In this document: piece by piece, positions 50,513-62,910 of the stretch
Layout of the letters: every line of letters begins with the position of its first letter
How positions within the stretch are numbered: position 1 is the first letter of the stretch
Translations under genes and position numbers: made by a program
Notes under the pieces: generated by a model
Database searches by the model: none
Told to the model about the DNA's origin: nothing
The model's input: the letters and a program-made list of their open reading frames with translations, nothing else
Source of the DNA: Batkoa obscura
Lineage: Eukaryota
Reading direction: 5' to 3'
NCBI GenBank assembly: GCA_030770535.1
Contig: JASVEC010000001.1
Span: forward strand, 1,426,001-1,490,000
DNA: 64,000 nt

Positions 50513-51481
50513 ATGTTTATTAGTGAAGGAATTATCCAGTTATGATAAGAGTTCTACTGGTTATGAATATACTTTAAATACTAGCTTAATACTTAAAGCC
50601 TGTATTTTCCTAATAAAATCGATATTAACTACTTTCATAAATTGAATTACTTTTTACACATAAAATAAAAGTCGTGAAGGTATAAATTTATAATAACAAC
50701 CTCATTAATAATCTTTCTCTTTTCCTATCAATAAAAATGCATACAGCATTATCAATAGCTTCCAAATTTTATAATTTCATTCGTAACTCAAACATAAATT
50801 GGTAAATTTATGTACAGTAGTTTATATTAAAATCTAATAATTTAATATTATATCAAAGCTACTAAAGTTCAACTGTGTAGTGTCTAGCTCTGGTTCTTAT
50901 AATTAAAAACTTACACTGTTATGCTTGGTTACAACTCATAGCTTAACTTTTTATTCTACAATAGGAAGTTAAATACTGCAAAATTGATCTTTAACTGGTG
51001 TATTAATCTATCTTTTAAAATTATTATTTATTATAATTCAAGTTTGGGCAACATTAATATAAAATAATTAATGTATCACTAATTTAGAGGTCACACCAAT
51101 GTTAAAATGAAAGGTCTTAAACAAAATGTATTGATAAAAAAATAACTTTAAATTCTAATTTTAAATATAAGAACAAAATAAAATTCTTTAAAATTAATAT
51201 AACAAAGTTGGAATTATCATTAATTAAAGTATGCTTCATGACTTCAATTCATATTATGTTAAATTAAAACATATTGAGAACTCAAGGATTTATAAGTATT
51301 ATAACAAATTTTAAAGGTAAAACGGAAGAGTTAAGGTTAAGTAATGAAAAAATAATACAAACAATGTCCTTCACTCATCGTAAAGTTCGATTTAAGAAAA
51401 CAATTTTTAATTGAACGTTATGTTTATCTAATCTAATCTAATTTAATTTAATCTAATGATTAATCCCTTAATAACTATTTA

Positions 51482-52117
51482 ATGAATTCAAAATTATTCT
51501 TGGCTTTATTTACTGATTTAACTTTAAGTTGTTCAATTAATTTAAATTAACGTCATGGGAATGAGGATCATAGTATGAATATTATGCCATTTAATAAGGA
51601 TGTAAATGGTAGTAGAAATAACAATGAAAACGCTGCTGCTCCATGTGGACCCAAATCTAGTAAATACCCTACTGTTCAAATATAAGATAATAAGCTTTCA
51701 AGTTATACCAATTCAAATGATATTCATGACTCTAAAGCTGGGTGTCCAGAAAGTGGAAATATACCCAATAATCAACAGATGCAACAAAGCCAAAAAAATC
51801 GAAGTAGTCAATAACAAAGTCAAAAAAACAATGATCAAGCTCAGAATAACCAACAACAAAACCAAAATATTCAACAGACTCAACAAAGTCAACAAAACAA
51901 TAGTCAAACTCAAAACAACCAAAATACTCCGCATTCAGGTCAGTACAATGGTAATCAAACAAGTAACCAATCAAAACCCAATCTCAGTTATATATCAACT
52001 AAAACTCTCAGCTTTCTACAACAAGAGGTACCTGGGTTAATAGCTAACTTACCAGTGGTTGGTAATTTACTTAAATCGTTAAACATAAATTCTTTAGTTA
52101 ATACCATAGTAAATTAA
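51482..52117 (+). pseudogene. Pseudogene of the Q/N-rich secreted protein at 62911-63621
   Basis: MNSKLFLALFTDLTLSCSINLN*RHGNEDHSM..; in-frame TAA at 51548, 51683 and 51812; Q/N repeats; C-end GLIANLPVVGNLLKSLNINSLV. Confidence 0.88.
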
Positions 52118-54056
52118 AAATCAATCAATCAATCAATCAATCTAGTTAGAACAAAATAACTATTGTTAATAATAAATTTTAATAAGACTTTTTAATTTCA
52201 TAGTGCTTGTTCTTTGATTTTTTTGGAACTTTTTTATTTTTGGTAGTATTATCGATAGCTGATATACAAGGGCAAGTTAAAAAGTTTAAAGTATAGGACA
52301 TAAATAAGAAAGTTGAAATCTGATATGTGGTTTTTTATAAAATTATATTCTTCAGACTTTAATTAATATATTTTTTGAGTATTATATTAATTCAATGGTT
52401 TTCCACTAAGGTATAATCAAAACTATAAATGAGGTGGTTATTTTGCATTACATTTTATAAAATAAGTTTGGTCAAAAATTGTCACATTTAAATAATATCT
52501 CAGCGATAAATAATTATATGGAAATCAGATTTTATCCGTATATTAGTCATAAACTAGTAATCATAGTTATATATAAAAATCTATATTTTAAAGTGCTAAA
52601 TGATTTATATGTACTTTATTTATCTTATTTTAATATAATTGAAGAGTAATTTTATTTTTTTAATATCTTAAAATCCAGTAATTTTGTTAATTCTAAACTT
52701 GGTAATATATTAATTAAGATCTAAAAATTATATATTAAATTATACTTTTTTTATTCATGCTTCATTTTTTATTTTTTATTTTTTATTTTTTTATTTAAAG
52801 TTATAAAGCTTATAAATTTATATTACATGTTTGACTTTTGGATTTTTTTAAAAAAATTAACAATAGTTGTTTTTATAATATTATTATATTTGGGAAAGTA
52901 TACTTCAGATACATTAATATTAAAACAAATTATTCTTTGTAAATGACTTACTATTAAAATTTGTATATATAATATTAATATGTACAATTTTTATTATAAA
53001 TGATAAAAGACATTTATTTTATTGTTTAAAAAAATACTAATATAATATGTATATTAAAAAGTTGTTCTTTTTACTTTATCTTTGATAGAAACAGAAATCC
53101 TCTACAATAATGAACACTTATTTTAGGACAGAGGTAGTGTTTTAAATCATTTTAAACATAGTTTGTCATTATTAAATATTATCAACAGTTTCAAACTTAT
53201 TAAAAATCTTATTAAAAAACAGGCTTTATTATTAAAATCATAATAATTAACATGCTATTACTAAATTTTCCTAAACATATAATTTAGCGTTTTAATTTTG
53301 TATTCATAGACTTAATCGTAATAACTTTTAGTATTTTTACATTCAGCAAATACAAAATTTAAATGTCCAGCTCTACGTTTAGGTATATTTAGTAGTAAAT
53401 ACATTTGGACGAATTATTTATTAGATAAAAAATGATTCATTTATTGTTTACTTTAATTTGCAATTGATAATATTTTGATTTAGAGTAAAATTAAAAACAA
53501 AATTAAACTAGACTTGAAATCAACTCAATTTCCAAAATTAGTAAATATCAATCATAATCTTGAAATAAACCTACTATTGTTACATTTTAAACGTAAATTG
53601 AACTCTTTAATTTTGTGTTTGTTATATACAAAAATAGAAAATTTTAAGATAATAAATTCAGTAAATACAAAATTCAAAAGCCCAATCCACGTTCAAAATA
53701 TAACAGTAATAAAATTAAAAGTTGATAAACTCAAAAACCGCTCAATTAAAAAAGCGGTTTATTTCAAAATAAAAATAGAGAAAATTTGATAAGTGTTAAG
53801 TAAAAGATTATAAGGAAGGGTAACTAAGTGGAAATAAGATACAAGAAACATTAGGATAAAAAAAGTAAAAAATTCTAAAAGTAAATTAAACTTTAAAAAA
53901 AAAGATAAATTCAAAACTATATAAATAGTCAAGAGAATAAAAGGGGATTTATTAAAACTAATGATTTATTTCGTTTATAGCATTTAACTCCTTACTATCC
54001 TTAATAATTTAATAATATACTTAATCCTTTAATAATTTAATAATATCTATATAAAC

Positions 54057-54548
54057 ATGAAATTTAATCCAATAATCTTTACACTCTCCACTTTATATAC
54101 CATTAATGCCTCACCCCTTCAGCGTAAAGCAGACACTGGTTTATTGGGTGGTTTATTAGGCAATGTTTTAGGTAGTGGATCCGATGGTGGATTATTGGAA
54201 TCCTTAACGGGTGGGAGTGGACCAATTGGGGGGTTACTTAATGGAGTAACTGGAGGGGCTGGAGGTACTGGTGGTCTACTTGGCGGTGTTGTAGGTGGTA
54301 ACAATGATGGATTATTATCTAATTTACCAGTCACCGGAAGTGATAAGAACAAAATGGCAGTTGGTAATGGGATTGTTACTAGCCTCCCAATGGATGAAAC
54401 ACCAATTGGTAGAGGAAGTAACAATAATGGATTGTTAGGGGGGGTCCCAGTGGCCGGACAAATTTTAGGTAGACCTGGTAATAATGGGTTGGTTTCAGAG
54501 ATTCCAGTGGCTGGTAATATTCTTTCCGATATTGGAGTTGGAGTTTAA
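54057..54548 (+). CDS. Secreted Gly/Leu-rich protein, family C, full length
   Basis: SPLQRK-ADTGLLGGLLGNVLGSGSDGGLLESLTGGSGPIGGLL..IPVAGNILSDIGVGV; TATATAAA ~53918. Confidence 0.88.
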   Translation: MKFNPIIFTLSTLYTINASPLQRKADTGLLGGLLGNVLGSGSDGGLLESLTGGSGPIGGLLNGVTGGAGGTGGLLGGVVGGNNDGLLSNLPVTGSDKNKMAVGNGIVTSLPMDETPIGRGSNNNGLLGGVPVAGQILGRPGNNGLVSEIPVAGNILSDIGVGV

Positions 54549-55362
54549 TTGATATTTTTTTAAATAAAAATAATATTTGTTTTAACTTTTACTGATATTA
54601 TATAATATCTTAATGCAATGTTTTATCTTTTGTATATAACTATCAACTTATTATTATTTTATTATTTAAATTGAATAAGATTTATCAAAAACAATAAAAA
54701 TAAAATAAATGGGAGATCAAATTGGTGATAAAAGGAAAGAGATAATATACTTTCCTATCTAGTATGACGCTCTACTTCAACACACAGCTAACGAAAGCTC
54801 TAGATGTCCCTCTTCCCTTATATCGAGCATTTGTAATAGTCATGAAACTTTTTAAATATTATTTTAATTAGGGATCATAATCTATAAACTCCAAGTAATC
54901 AACAAAATTTCAAAAAGATTATCATTGAAATGAATATTATTTAACATTATGTTACCAACATTTAGAATCTAAATGTCAACTTATTTCAATTGATGAAAAT
55001 AAACTAGAATTAATTAATAGACTTACATCATTGAGTGATTTAGTTATTTTTAAAACAATTTTTTTTATTACTTAATACACTACTAGATGCCCTAGATTTT
55101 TTAACCTAAATTACATTCTAGTGCAGGCTTTAAAAGTTTTACTAAAGTAATCTAACTAAATTGAATTTTAATATATTAAAAAGTGGTCCATTAAGTAAAA
55201 ATCAATATTTAGAGGCTTATTAAAAATGGTATTATAAATGCAATAAATATCAATAGAATATTAAAAATGGTATATAAAAAGCCAAAAGAATAAAAAATTA
55301 ACTTTTTATTTTTATATTAAAAATATTCTAATTTTTACTTTGATAGTAATAATTAAATTATC

Positions 55363-55677
55363 ATGAAATTTAAAAATTTAATCCTTATCCTGACTACCTT
55401 CTATACCGTCTTTCCCATCCTCTTACAACGTAGAGATAATAATGAACTGGATAGTTTATTAAATATGATTATGGGTGGGGGTTCCGATGGTGGTATTTTA
55501 GAATCCTTATTCGGTGGTAGTGGTCCTATTGCAGGATTAATAGCCAATATTAACAATGGAGGGGATAGTAATGGATTAAGGACTAACTTATCAGTAACTG
55601 GTAATAACCTAAATAAAAAAGAAATTGGCAATGGAATTATTAATAGTGCTTTGATGCATGAGGGAGTTTCTCATTAG
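55363..55677 (+). CDS. Family C secreted protein, C-terminally truncated
   Basis: LQRR-D..GGGSDGGILESLFGGSGPI..GNGII; decayed tail (LTGKVLSDIGLG) out of frame at ~55695-55753. Confidence 0.75.
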   Translation: MKFKNLILILTTFYTVFPILLQRRDNNELDSLLNMIMGGGSDGGILESLFGGSGPIAGLIANINNGGDSNGLRTNLSVTGNNLNKKEIGNGIINSALMHEGVSH

Positions 55678-56749
55678 ATATGAGAATGATAAGATTAATG
55701 AATAAAGTTTCATTGACTGGAAAGGTGCTCTCTGATATTGGGTTGGGATTTAAGTGACTTTTTTTTTAATAAAATGGGATTTGAAACTTTATTTTCTTAG
55801 TTCTATTAATAAATTGTCTTGAATTGTCTAAACAAGAGATGAGTTCGCATAATATTAATTTAGTTACTAAGTTCAAAGTAAAAAGATTATCGAATGGTCA
55901 CTGTTTCATAATATTTAAAAATATTATAACTAACAATCAATCAATTCAAACTAATTAACGAAGCTCAAAAACAATCAATAAGATAAATAGACTAGAAGAT
56001 AAATTATTGCCAATTATAGTTCAAATAATAATATTATGTCAATTAAGACAAGATTCAAACTTAATTTAAATTCAAGATAATTTACTCAATTTTGTTAAAG
56101 TTTCAATACTAATAATTTTTATATATAGTTATTATTTATTAAATTCTTTTGTTCTTTTTTTATATCTTATAAAAATTCTAATATATTAAAAATCAATTTA
56201 AATACTTGATTATAAAATTTAAGAAATGAACGTGAAGTTGAAGTCCATTGGATTTTAATAAAGCAATTGAAATAAGCGTCGATCTTCTCTAGTTTTCCGC
56301 CTATATTCTAAGTTTTATGTAAAAGTGAAGATTGGAGAAATATTTTACCTATGGATAAACTAATCCGTCTATAAAAATAAACTAATATGAACTTATCCAC
56401 TATTAGTAATAGATACCTATTAATAAACAAAAGCGTATTATTGTTTATTGAGAACTTAAAATTAGCGTTGATTAATGGAAATTAAATCCAATATTATATA
56501 TTGAAAAGTGGCATTAATTAAACTGGGAGGGTTTGATTTCAAATAAAAAATAAAAATAAATAAAAATAATATTACTAAACTAGATCAAAACACCATATAA
56601 ATACATCTAAAAATAAGCTTTTAACTTTTAAAATCAATTAAAAATCAATTAATATATTTGTCAATAATATTTGTATTCAACTTAATATCTTAATACCTTA
56701 CTATTTCTAATTATATAATAACATCATTTCAATTTGAAATATCAAAACT

Positions 56750-57064
56750 ATGAATTTGGTCTCAATAATCTTAACTCTCTTTAATTTTTATCCCATTATA
56801 TGTTTCCCCCTTGGACGACGAGCTGATAGTCCAAACCCTATGAACGGGTTAGTTGACTTGATGATGGGTCAAGGTTCCGAAGGTGGTTTATTAGAACTAT
56901 TATTTAATGGTAATGGACCTATTGGAAGTTTAATGTATAATGCAGCAAAATTATCGAGTGGGGAGGTTGGTAGTAGCGATCATGGTTTAAGAGCTAACTT
57001 ATCAGTGGGAAAAGGTCAAAAAAATAACAAAAAAGTCGGGAATGGAATTATTGATAACCTTTGA
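56750..57064 (+). CDS. Family C secreted protein, C-terminally truncated
   Basis: PLGRR-AD..GSEGGLLELLFNGNGPIG..NAAKLSSGEVGS; relic VGLGV* at ~57148-57165. Confidence 0.75.
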   Translation: MNLVSIILTLFNFYPIICFPLGRRADSPNPMNGLVDLMMGQGSEGGLLELLFNGNGPIGSLMYNAAKLSSGEVGSSDHGLRANLSVGKGQKNNKKVGNGIIDNL

Positions 57065-58662
57065 ATAGATTGAAGAAATTCTCAATCGATTTAAAGAGGG
57101 ATGGGAGTGTGGGGTTTTTTGACTAAGTTCGTTATGGGCCATTGGTGGTTGGGCTTGGTGTTTAAGTTGAATCTTTTTTATTAAAACTATTTTTAAGCTT
57201 TGAAACTAATAACATTACTATTCTTCTCACTATGATTTTTGCTTTAATCTAAAAACTTTTGCCTGGCTTATGATCCAAAAGACATTTCATCTAGTTTTAA
57301 TGGACTAAGGCAAAAATTATAATAGCAAAAGCAATGTATTTTTTATTTCATTGTTTTTTTACTTTCAAGACAATTTAAAATTTTAGTAAAATTTTTAAAC
57401 AAAATAGCTTTTTATTAAATACTCATGCTTGAATTACTTTGCAATAAATTAACTTAAAAAAAGTTAAGCTTTAAGTTTAATCAAACTTATGTATAGATAT
57501 TTAATTGATTTTTATAATTAAATAATAACATTTTATTAGAAAGCTTTATATTAGTATTTTTTGTTTTAGATTTAAACTAATTTATTAAATTATATTTAAT
57601 ATGCTAAATACTACCTTGATTTATATACCAGGATAGTTTTAATTATTAAAAATTTTAATTAAAATAAATCTATTAAAAATTATATCTTATAGAAACTTTA
57701 AGTTTTTTTATTAGTTATATAAAACATCTATTTAAAATAAAAACCTTTTAAAAAATACATATAAAATAATGTTATAAAATAATGAATTAATTAAAAGGAT
57801 TATTTATTTACAAAATTTTATAGTTTTATTAATTACATAATAATTTTTTAAACTTAATAAAAGATATTTCATGTATTATTTTATCTAAATAATACTAATC
57901 ATTTATTTTACTAAAAGATCTAAATATCACTTTTGCATTTAATTTATATTTATTATATATATTAAAAATAAATTATTATTATATTTTTTTTAATAAAAAG
58001 TTTTTCAATCACTTAATTGATTTCAGTTTATAAATATTTTGCTTTAACTTTTTAATTTAAATTATTAGCTAATATTAATAGTGTAATTTTAATTAATGTT
58101 AAATTTTAGGATTAGTATTTTAATTATGCTTTTAATTTAGTATATTTGTATATACTTTACTTTAATATAATAAATTTTTATTCATAACAAATTATGTGGG
58201 ACATTGGTTTATCAGCTCTCGGATTGATTATAACATAATAATCATTTAACTTGTTTACAAAACTAGTTGTAGTCTTGTAATCAATTTGGCCGTGATCCAT
58301 GTAGTATAATCAATTCAGAGTTCCTCATTTAGATTTGCTGTGAGAATTTCTATCGTCTAATTGCAAAGAACTTATTGTTCGCGTTCTAGTGCCCATACTT
58401 TGCAACTATAATAAGAAATAGCTATTATTATGTTCCATATATAGCCAACCAGTTGGAGTATAAAAGAGATTCTTCAACATGATAACTCGAAGCTTTTTAA
58501 CTGAATTACTCCCTGATATCTTACCATTAATAAAGCCACTAAGTCTTTCTGACAATATCCTACGTAGATTTTACAGTAGTATCTTCTATTCTATTTATTT
58601 TATTAAAAAAATTTTTTAACTAAGCATAATAACTTAAAAACGCTGTATGATTTTGTTTATTT

Positions 58663-58761
58663 GGGGATGTATTTTTTTGTTTAAGAATTTCACTAACAAT
58701 CTTTCTACTAGAAATAGCGCTCGAAAAATGAAAAAAACAATGAAGCTAAAAAAACACCCCC
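58663..58761 (+). mobile_element. ~100 bp MITE family, copy 10
   Basis: GGGGATGTATTTTTTTGTTTAAG...AAAAAAACACCCCC. Confidence 0.85.
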
Positions 58762-59362
58762 ATTTGCCTATTTAGCTGCAAATCTTTTTATTTGTTGAAC
58801 ATGTATTTTTGTTTCACAAGTAAAACCTTGCAACATAAACTTACACCCTATATGTGAGTTTCATAAACTATTTAATAATAAAAATTAGCGCTAAATAGGT
58901 CGCAAAAGAGTAGAAATAACTGGAATATAAAAACTAAAAAGTTGAGTTTCATAATAGTCATGCTTATTCTATCTTTCAAAGATTAATATCTGAAGAATAT
59001 TAAACCTTGGGCTGAAATGGTTCCTTTTATTAAATAAAATAAAATTAATTGACTTGCCATTGTTAACAATTTTGTTCCATTTATAAATATAAGCTTTTTT
59101 ATTAGCTGGTAAGATATCAAAATGACATTAAGCTAGTAAAGTTAATCAATTAACATAGATTAAAAAGTGGAAGTCAATAGTTGGGAGGGTTTAATATCAA
59201 AAAAAGACCGATTAACTAAAAATGAATTAAATAATAAAAATTATTTGAAACCTATATAAAAAACTAGAAAACTAGAATTTGATTTGGACTTTATATCCAA
59301 AATTAAATAATTTAATACTTTGATAGTATTATTTATTATTTATTATTTAGAAACTTCTTATT

Positions 59363-59701
59363 ATGAAACTTTTCACACTAATCCTATTCATTTTTATTGT
59401 GTTCCCCATTTCCTCTTTTCCCTTACAACGTAGAGCCGATACTCCAAGAAGTGGTTTATTAGATATTTTCTTGGGTGGTGGTTCCGATGGTGGTTTATTA
59501 GAAATTTTATTTAACGGTAGTGGGCCTATAGGGGGCTTAGCATTCAATGCAGCCAAACTCTCTAGTGGTGAAGTCGGGAGTGGTAATAATGGATTAAGGG
59601 GTAATTTATTAATAGGTGGAAATCGAGGGAGTAAAAAAGAAGTTGGGAATGGAATTGTAGATAGTTTACCAACGGATGAAGAAAATTTTCAGTCGATCTG
59701 A
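59363..59701 (+). CDS. Family C secreted protein, closest to 56750, C-terminally truncated
   Basis: PLQRR-ADT..GGGSDGGLLEILFNGSGPIGG..NAAKLSSGEVGS; three relic PLVG modules downstream ending VPLVGYVLSDVRVEV*. Confidence 0.8.
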   Translation: MKLFTLILFIFIVFPISSFPLQRRADTPRSGLLDIFLGGGSDGGLLEILFNGSGPIGGLAFNAAKLSSGEVGSGNNGLRGNLLIGGNRGSKKEVGNGIVDSLPTDEENFQSI

Positions 59702-60339
59702 ATACAATGGGATAATGAATATGATTCCGCTGGTTGGATATATACTTTTGTATGTAAGAATTGAGAATATGAGGATGTTCCACTGGTTGGACATGTACAC
59801 TTGAAGGTTGGATCGGATAAGGATGAAATTATAGGGATGTTCCACTGGTTGGATATGTACTTTCAGATGTAAGAGTTGAAGTTTAAGTTTAAGTGTTGAG
59901 TTTTTTTAATAAAGCTATTTTGGGGTTTTTTTTTGTTAATGAATTCTAATAATAAATTGATTACGTTTTTTACTATATTAAAAAATGGATAAATACAAGA
60001 CGTGTCAAAATGTTCAAAGACAAAAGCAAAAATAAAAAATAAAAGAATAAAAACCTAATATATAGTTTTTTATATATAAATATAATTTAAGTGTCTTATT
60101 TAATATATGTACCAAATCTTAAACTAAATAAATTATTGTTTTTCAAGATAAAATAATAATAAGACTGCCTCTTCAATTGTTGTAAAAATGAACTAAATTA
60201 AGATACAATAAAGCAATTAGCACTATAATACAGGATTTTTTTTACATAAATGTAAGTATTAGACTATAATTGGTATATACACCAAGCTTAGTATTAATTT
60301 GATTAGTTGTTATTGAGATATAATTAAAGCTTTAAATAT

Positions 60340-60438
60340 GGGGATGTATTTTTATGTTTAGCAATTTTACTGACGATTTTTCCGCTGAAATAGCGCTTAA
60401 AAAATGGAAAAAGCGATGAAACCAAAAAAGACACCCCC
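60340..60438 (+). mobile_element. ~100 bp MITE family, copy 11
   Basis: GGGGATGTATTTTTATG...AAAAAAGACACCCCC. Confidence 0.85.
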
Positions 60439-61240
60439 ATGTCTTGAGAATGAGTTATTCAATTGATATAGAACTTTGTGAGTAATATGGGACATATTTG
60501 TATATTAGATTTGTGTGAGAAAAATCTACTTTATTAAGAAAGTTATGTCCTCGAACTTTTTGAGCTACCCTCATAAGTAAAATTTAAAAAAGTATATATA
60601 TAGAACATTTGTATTATATCTATAAAAGAATTAATAATATCAAATAAGTTAAATAAAGTAGTTTAGTATAAAATAACTTATCTATTAATTTTAATAAAAA
60701 AAGAAAAAACCTTAAATATATTAACGTTTCAATGAAATATTTTAAATTCCATCCTGAAATAAGATATTAATAATCAACCAACTCCAAGTTTCACTTTAAT
60801 ATAAAAAACAAATAATAAAGAGAATACCACTAAATAACAAATTATCTTAACATAAAGTAACAAATAGACACCCGCTCCAATATATAAAAATAGTAACAAT
60901 TATTCAATTGACCTTACCAATTGTCAAATAAATCCCTTTTCTTTCTTAACGTTACTTTTTTTATCTATTGGTAAACCTAAAAATAACTCATAAAATAATA
61001 TTCACCTTACATAAATTTCTGAATCTATTAAATTGGAGGTAAACTGAGTGGTATTAATGGTTGATAGATAGATAAAAATATAGATCTAAAAAGGTTGAAA
61101 ATAATAATCAAACTATCAAAATAATATATAAAAAGCACATTAAGAATTCAATTTCTATCACAAATCAAATTATTTGAAATTCTTTTATATTTACTTAATC
61201 TCCGACTATTAACTAATACCTTATTGAAAACTTCAACATC

Positions 61241-61549
61241 ATGAAATACACTACTTTAATATTATTCTTCCTTATTTCCTCCTCTATATTTTCCCTTCCT
61301 CTTCAACGTAGAGATAATGTCAATTCTCCATTAAATGGTATAGTCAACACTGTTTTTGGTTCTGGTTCTGAAGGTGGATTAATGGAACCTATCTTTGGTA
61401 ATAATAATCCGATTACTAGTATCATTTCCACAGTCAATAGTGTCACTAGTAATAATGATGAATTGCTATCAAATATAGTTTCTATTATTAATCCAGATAA
61501 TAATAACAAAGGGTATGGAATTGTTAATCAACTTCCAATAGATGAATAA
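61241..61549 (+). CDS. Family C secreted protein (short form)
   Basis: LPLQRR-DN..FGSGSEGGLMEPIFG..YGIVNQLPIDE; TATATAAA ~61126. Confidence 0.8.
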   Translation: MKYTTLILFFLISSSIFSLPLQRRDNVNSPLNGIVNTVFGSGSEGGLMEPIFGNNNPITSIISTVNSVTSNNDELLSNIVSIINPDNNNKGYGIVNQLPIDE

Positions 61550-62842
61550 ATGGAAGATAATACAAGAAAAATATGCTTTTTAAAGCATGTTGTTAACTGG
61601 AGATGGGCTCTCGTTTATTGAGTTAAGATTTCATGGTTTTTTTTAATAATAAAATTAATATTCAATGCATTTATAAATAGAATTACTTTTTTAAATAAAT
61701 TGAATTAGATAGAGATATAGATTTATAATAATAAATATATTTTATTGTAGTTTTGGCTACTTTTATTGCTATTAAAAGTAATATTTATAAAAATGTTCCT
61801 AAAATACAAGGAGTTTATACCTTATTTGAAGCTTTGAAAACCACTTGTTACTTCAATAGTAAATTTTAACGGGGTTAAAAATTCCTATAAATAAGATGCT
61901 AGGATTACATAATAGATTTGACTATGTTTTTTATCAGTGGTCCTTTTTTGTTACTTCAAAAGCTTAAAACTAAATGAGAAATAAAAATAATTGAAATCGG
62001 AATTAAAAGGAAGGCTTATAGCATTATAGTATATAGTATTAAAGTAAGATGTGTAAAAAGTTCAAGAATTTTTTGATAAAAAATGATTTTATACTATAAA
62101 GTAGAAACTCAATTATATATTAAACTAGAATTTCAAATATCACTTTACGTTTTATTGAAATGTATTGATTAAATTAAGGCTACGGTTAGGTTATAATTAA
62201 TTATATTTTATAAATATTAAAAAAATAATTACTATGTCTATACTGTATGTCATCTTCCAATAACTAGCAAAAATTCCATTTTGGAAACTCTAAATCTGAA
62301 ATCTAAGTTGTAGTAATTTAATTTGAGATATTAAAATTTCAATTTTGATCTATTAAATTAATAATTAAGTATTATCTATGACTCTTTTTAACAGTATAAA
62401 CTAATAGTTAACAGAATTCAAGTTGAAGAATTCATAGAAAATTATCCATTTTAAAAAACTGAGAGGTCCATTTAGCGGTAAAACGAAAGGGTCAAAAAAC
62501 AAATGCTAATAAAAAAAATAACTAGAAATTCGAAGCAAACATTAATAGATAAAAATAAAATAACAAACTAAAACATGTTAAAAATTAATAGAATAAGTAG
62601 ATGACATTATGGCTAACTAAACTAAAATCAATGAGTTTATTTTTTTATATATTAAATCAAAACATTTCCACAGCCCAAGGAACTATGAATATACTTAATT
62701 AATACTATGGTTAAATGGGAGGAGTTAAGCTTAAAGAATCAAAAATAAATATAAATAGTGCCCTTCACTCATCATAAATTTTAATTAAAAAAAAACTCAA
62801 TTTTTAATTTTTAATTGAACTTTATACTTATCTAATCCAATA

Positions 62843-62889
62843 ATAATATAATATAATACAATATAATATAATATAATATAATATAATAT
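62843..62889. repeat. (AATAT)n microsatellite in the 5' leader of the 62911 gene
   Basis: Direct read; the pseudogene copy has AATCT/AATTT pentamers at the equivalent position (~51429-51456). Confidence 0.8.
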
Positions 62890-62910
62890 CAATCCTCCAA
62901 TAATAATATA

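Noticed and set aside
20409..52117. TAA reassigned to Gln (alternative genetic code)
   Set aside because: TAA is the normal terminator of CPA1, ALDH, chitinase and others, and the affected genes show other decay (lost start, lost TATA)
58200..58570. Slightly GC-richer islands (also ~16200-16430, 34700-35150, 46790-46920, 49370-49700) as TE fragments
   Set aside because: No recognisable motif or termini by eye; needs BLASTX/RepeatMasker
59722..59886. CRISPR-like spaced direct repeats
   Set aside because: Eukaryotic context, no cas genes, only three degenerate units, and they translate to the family's PLVG tail module
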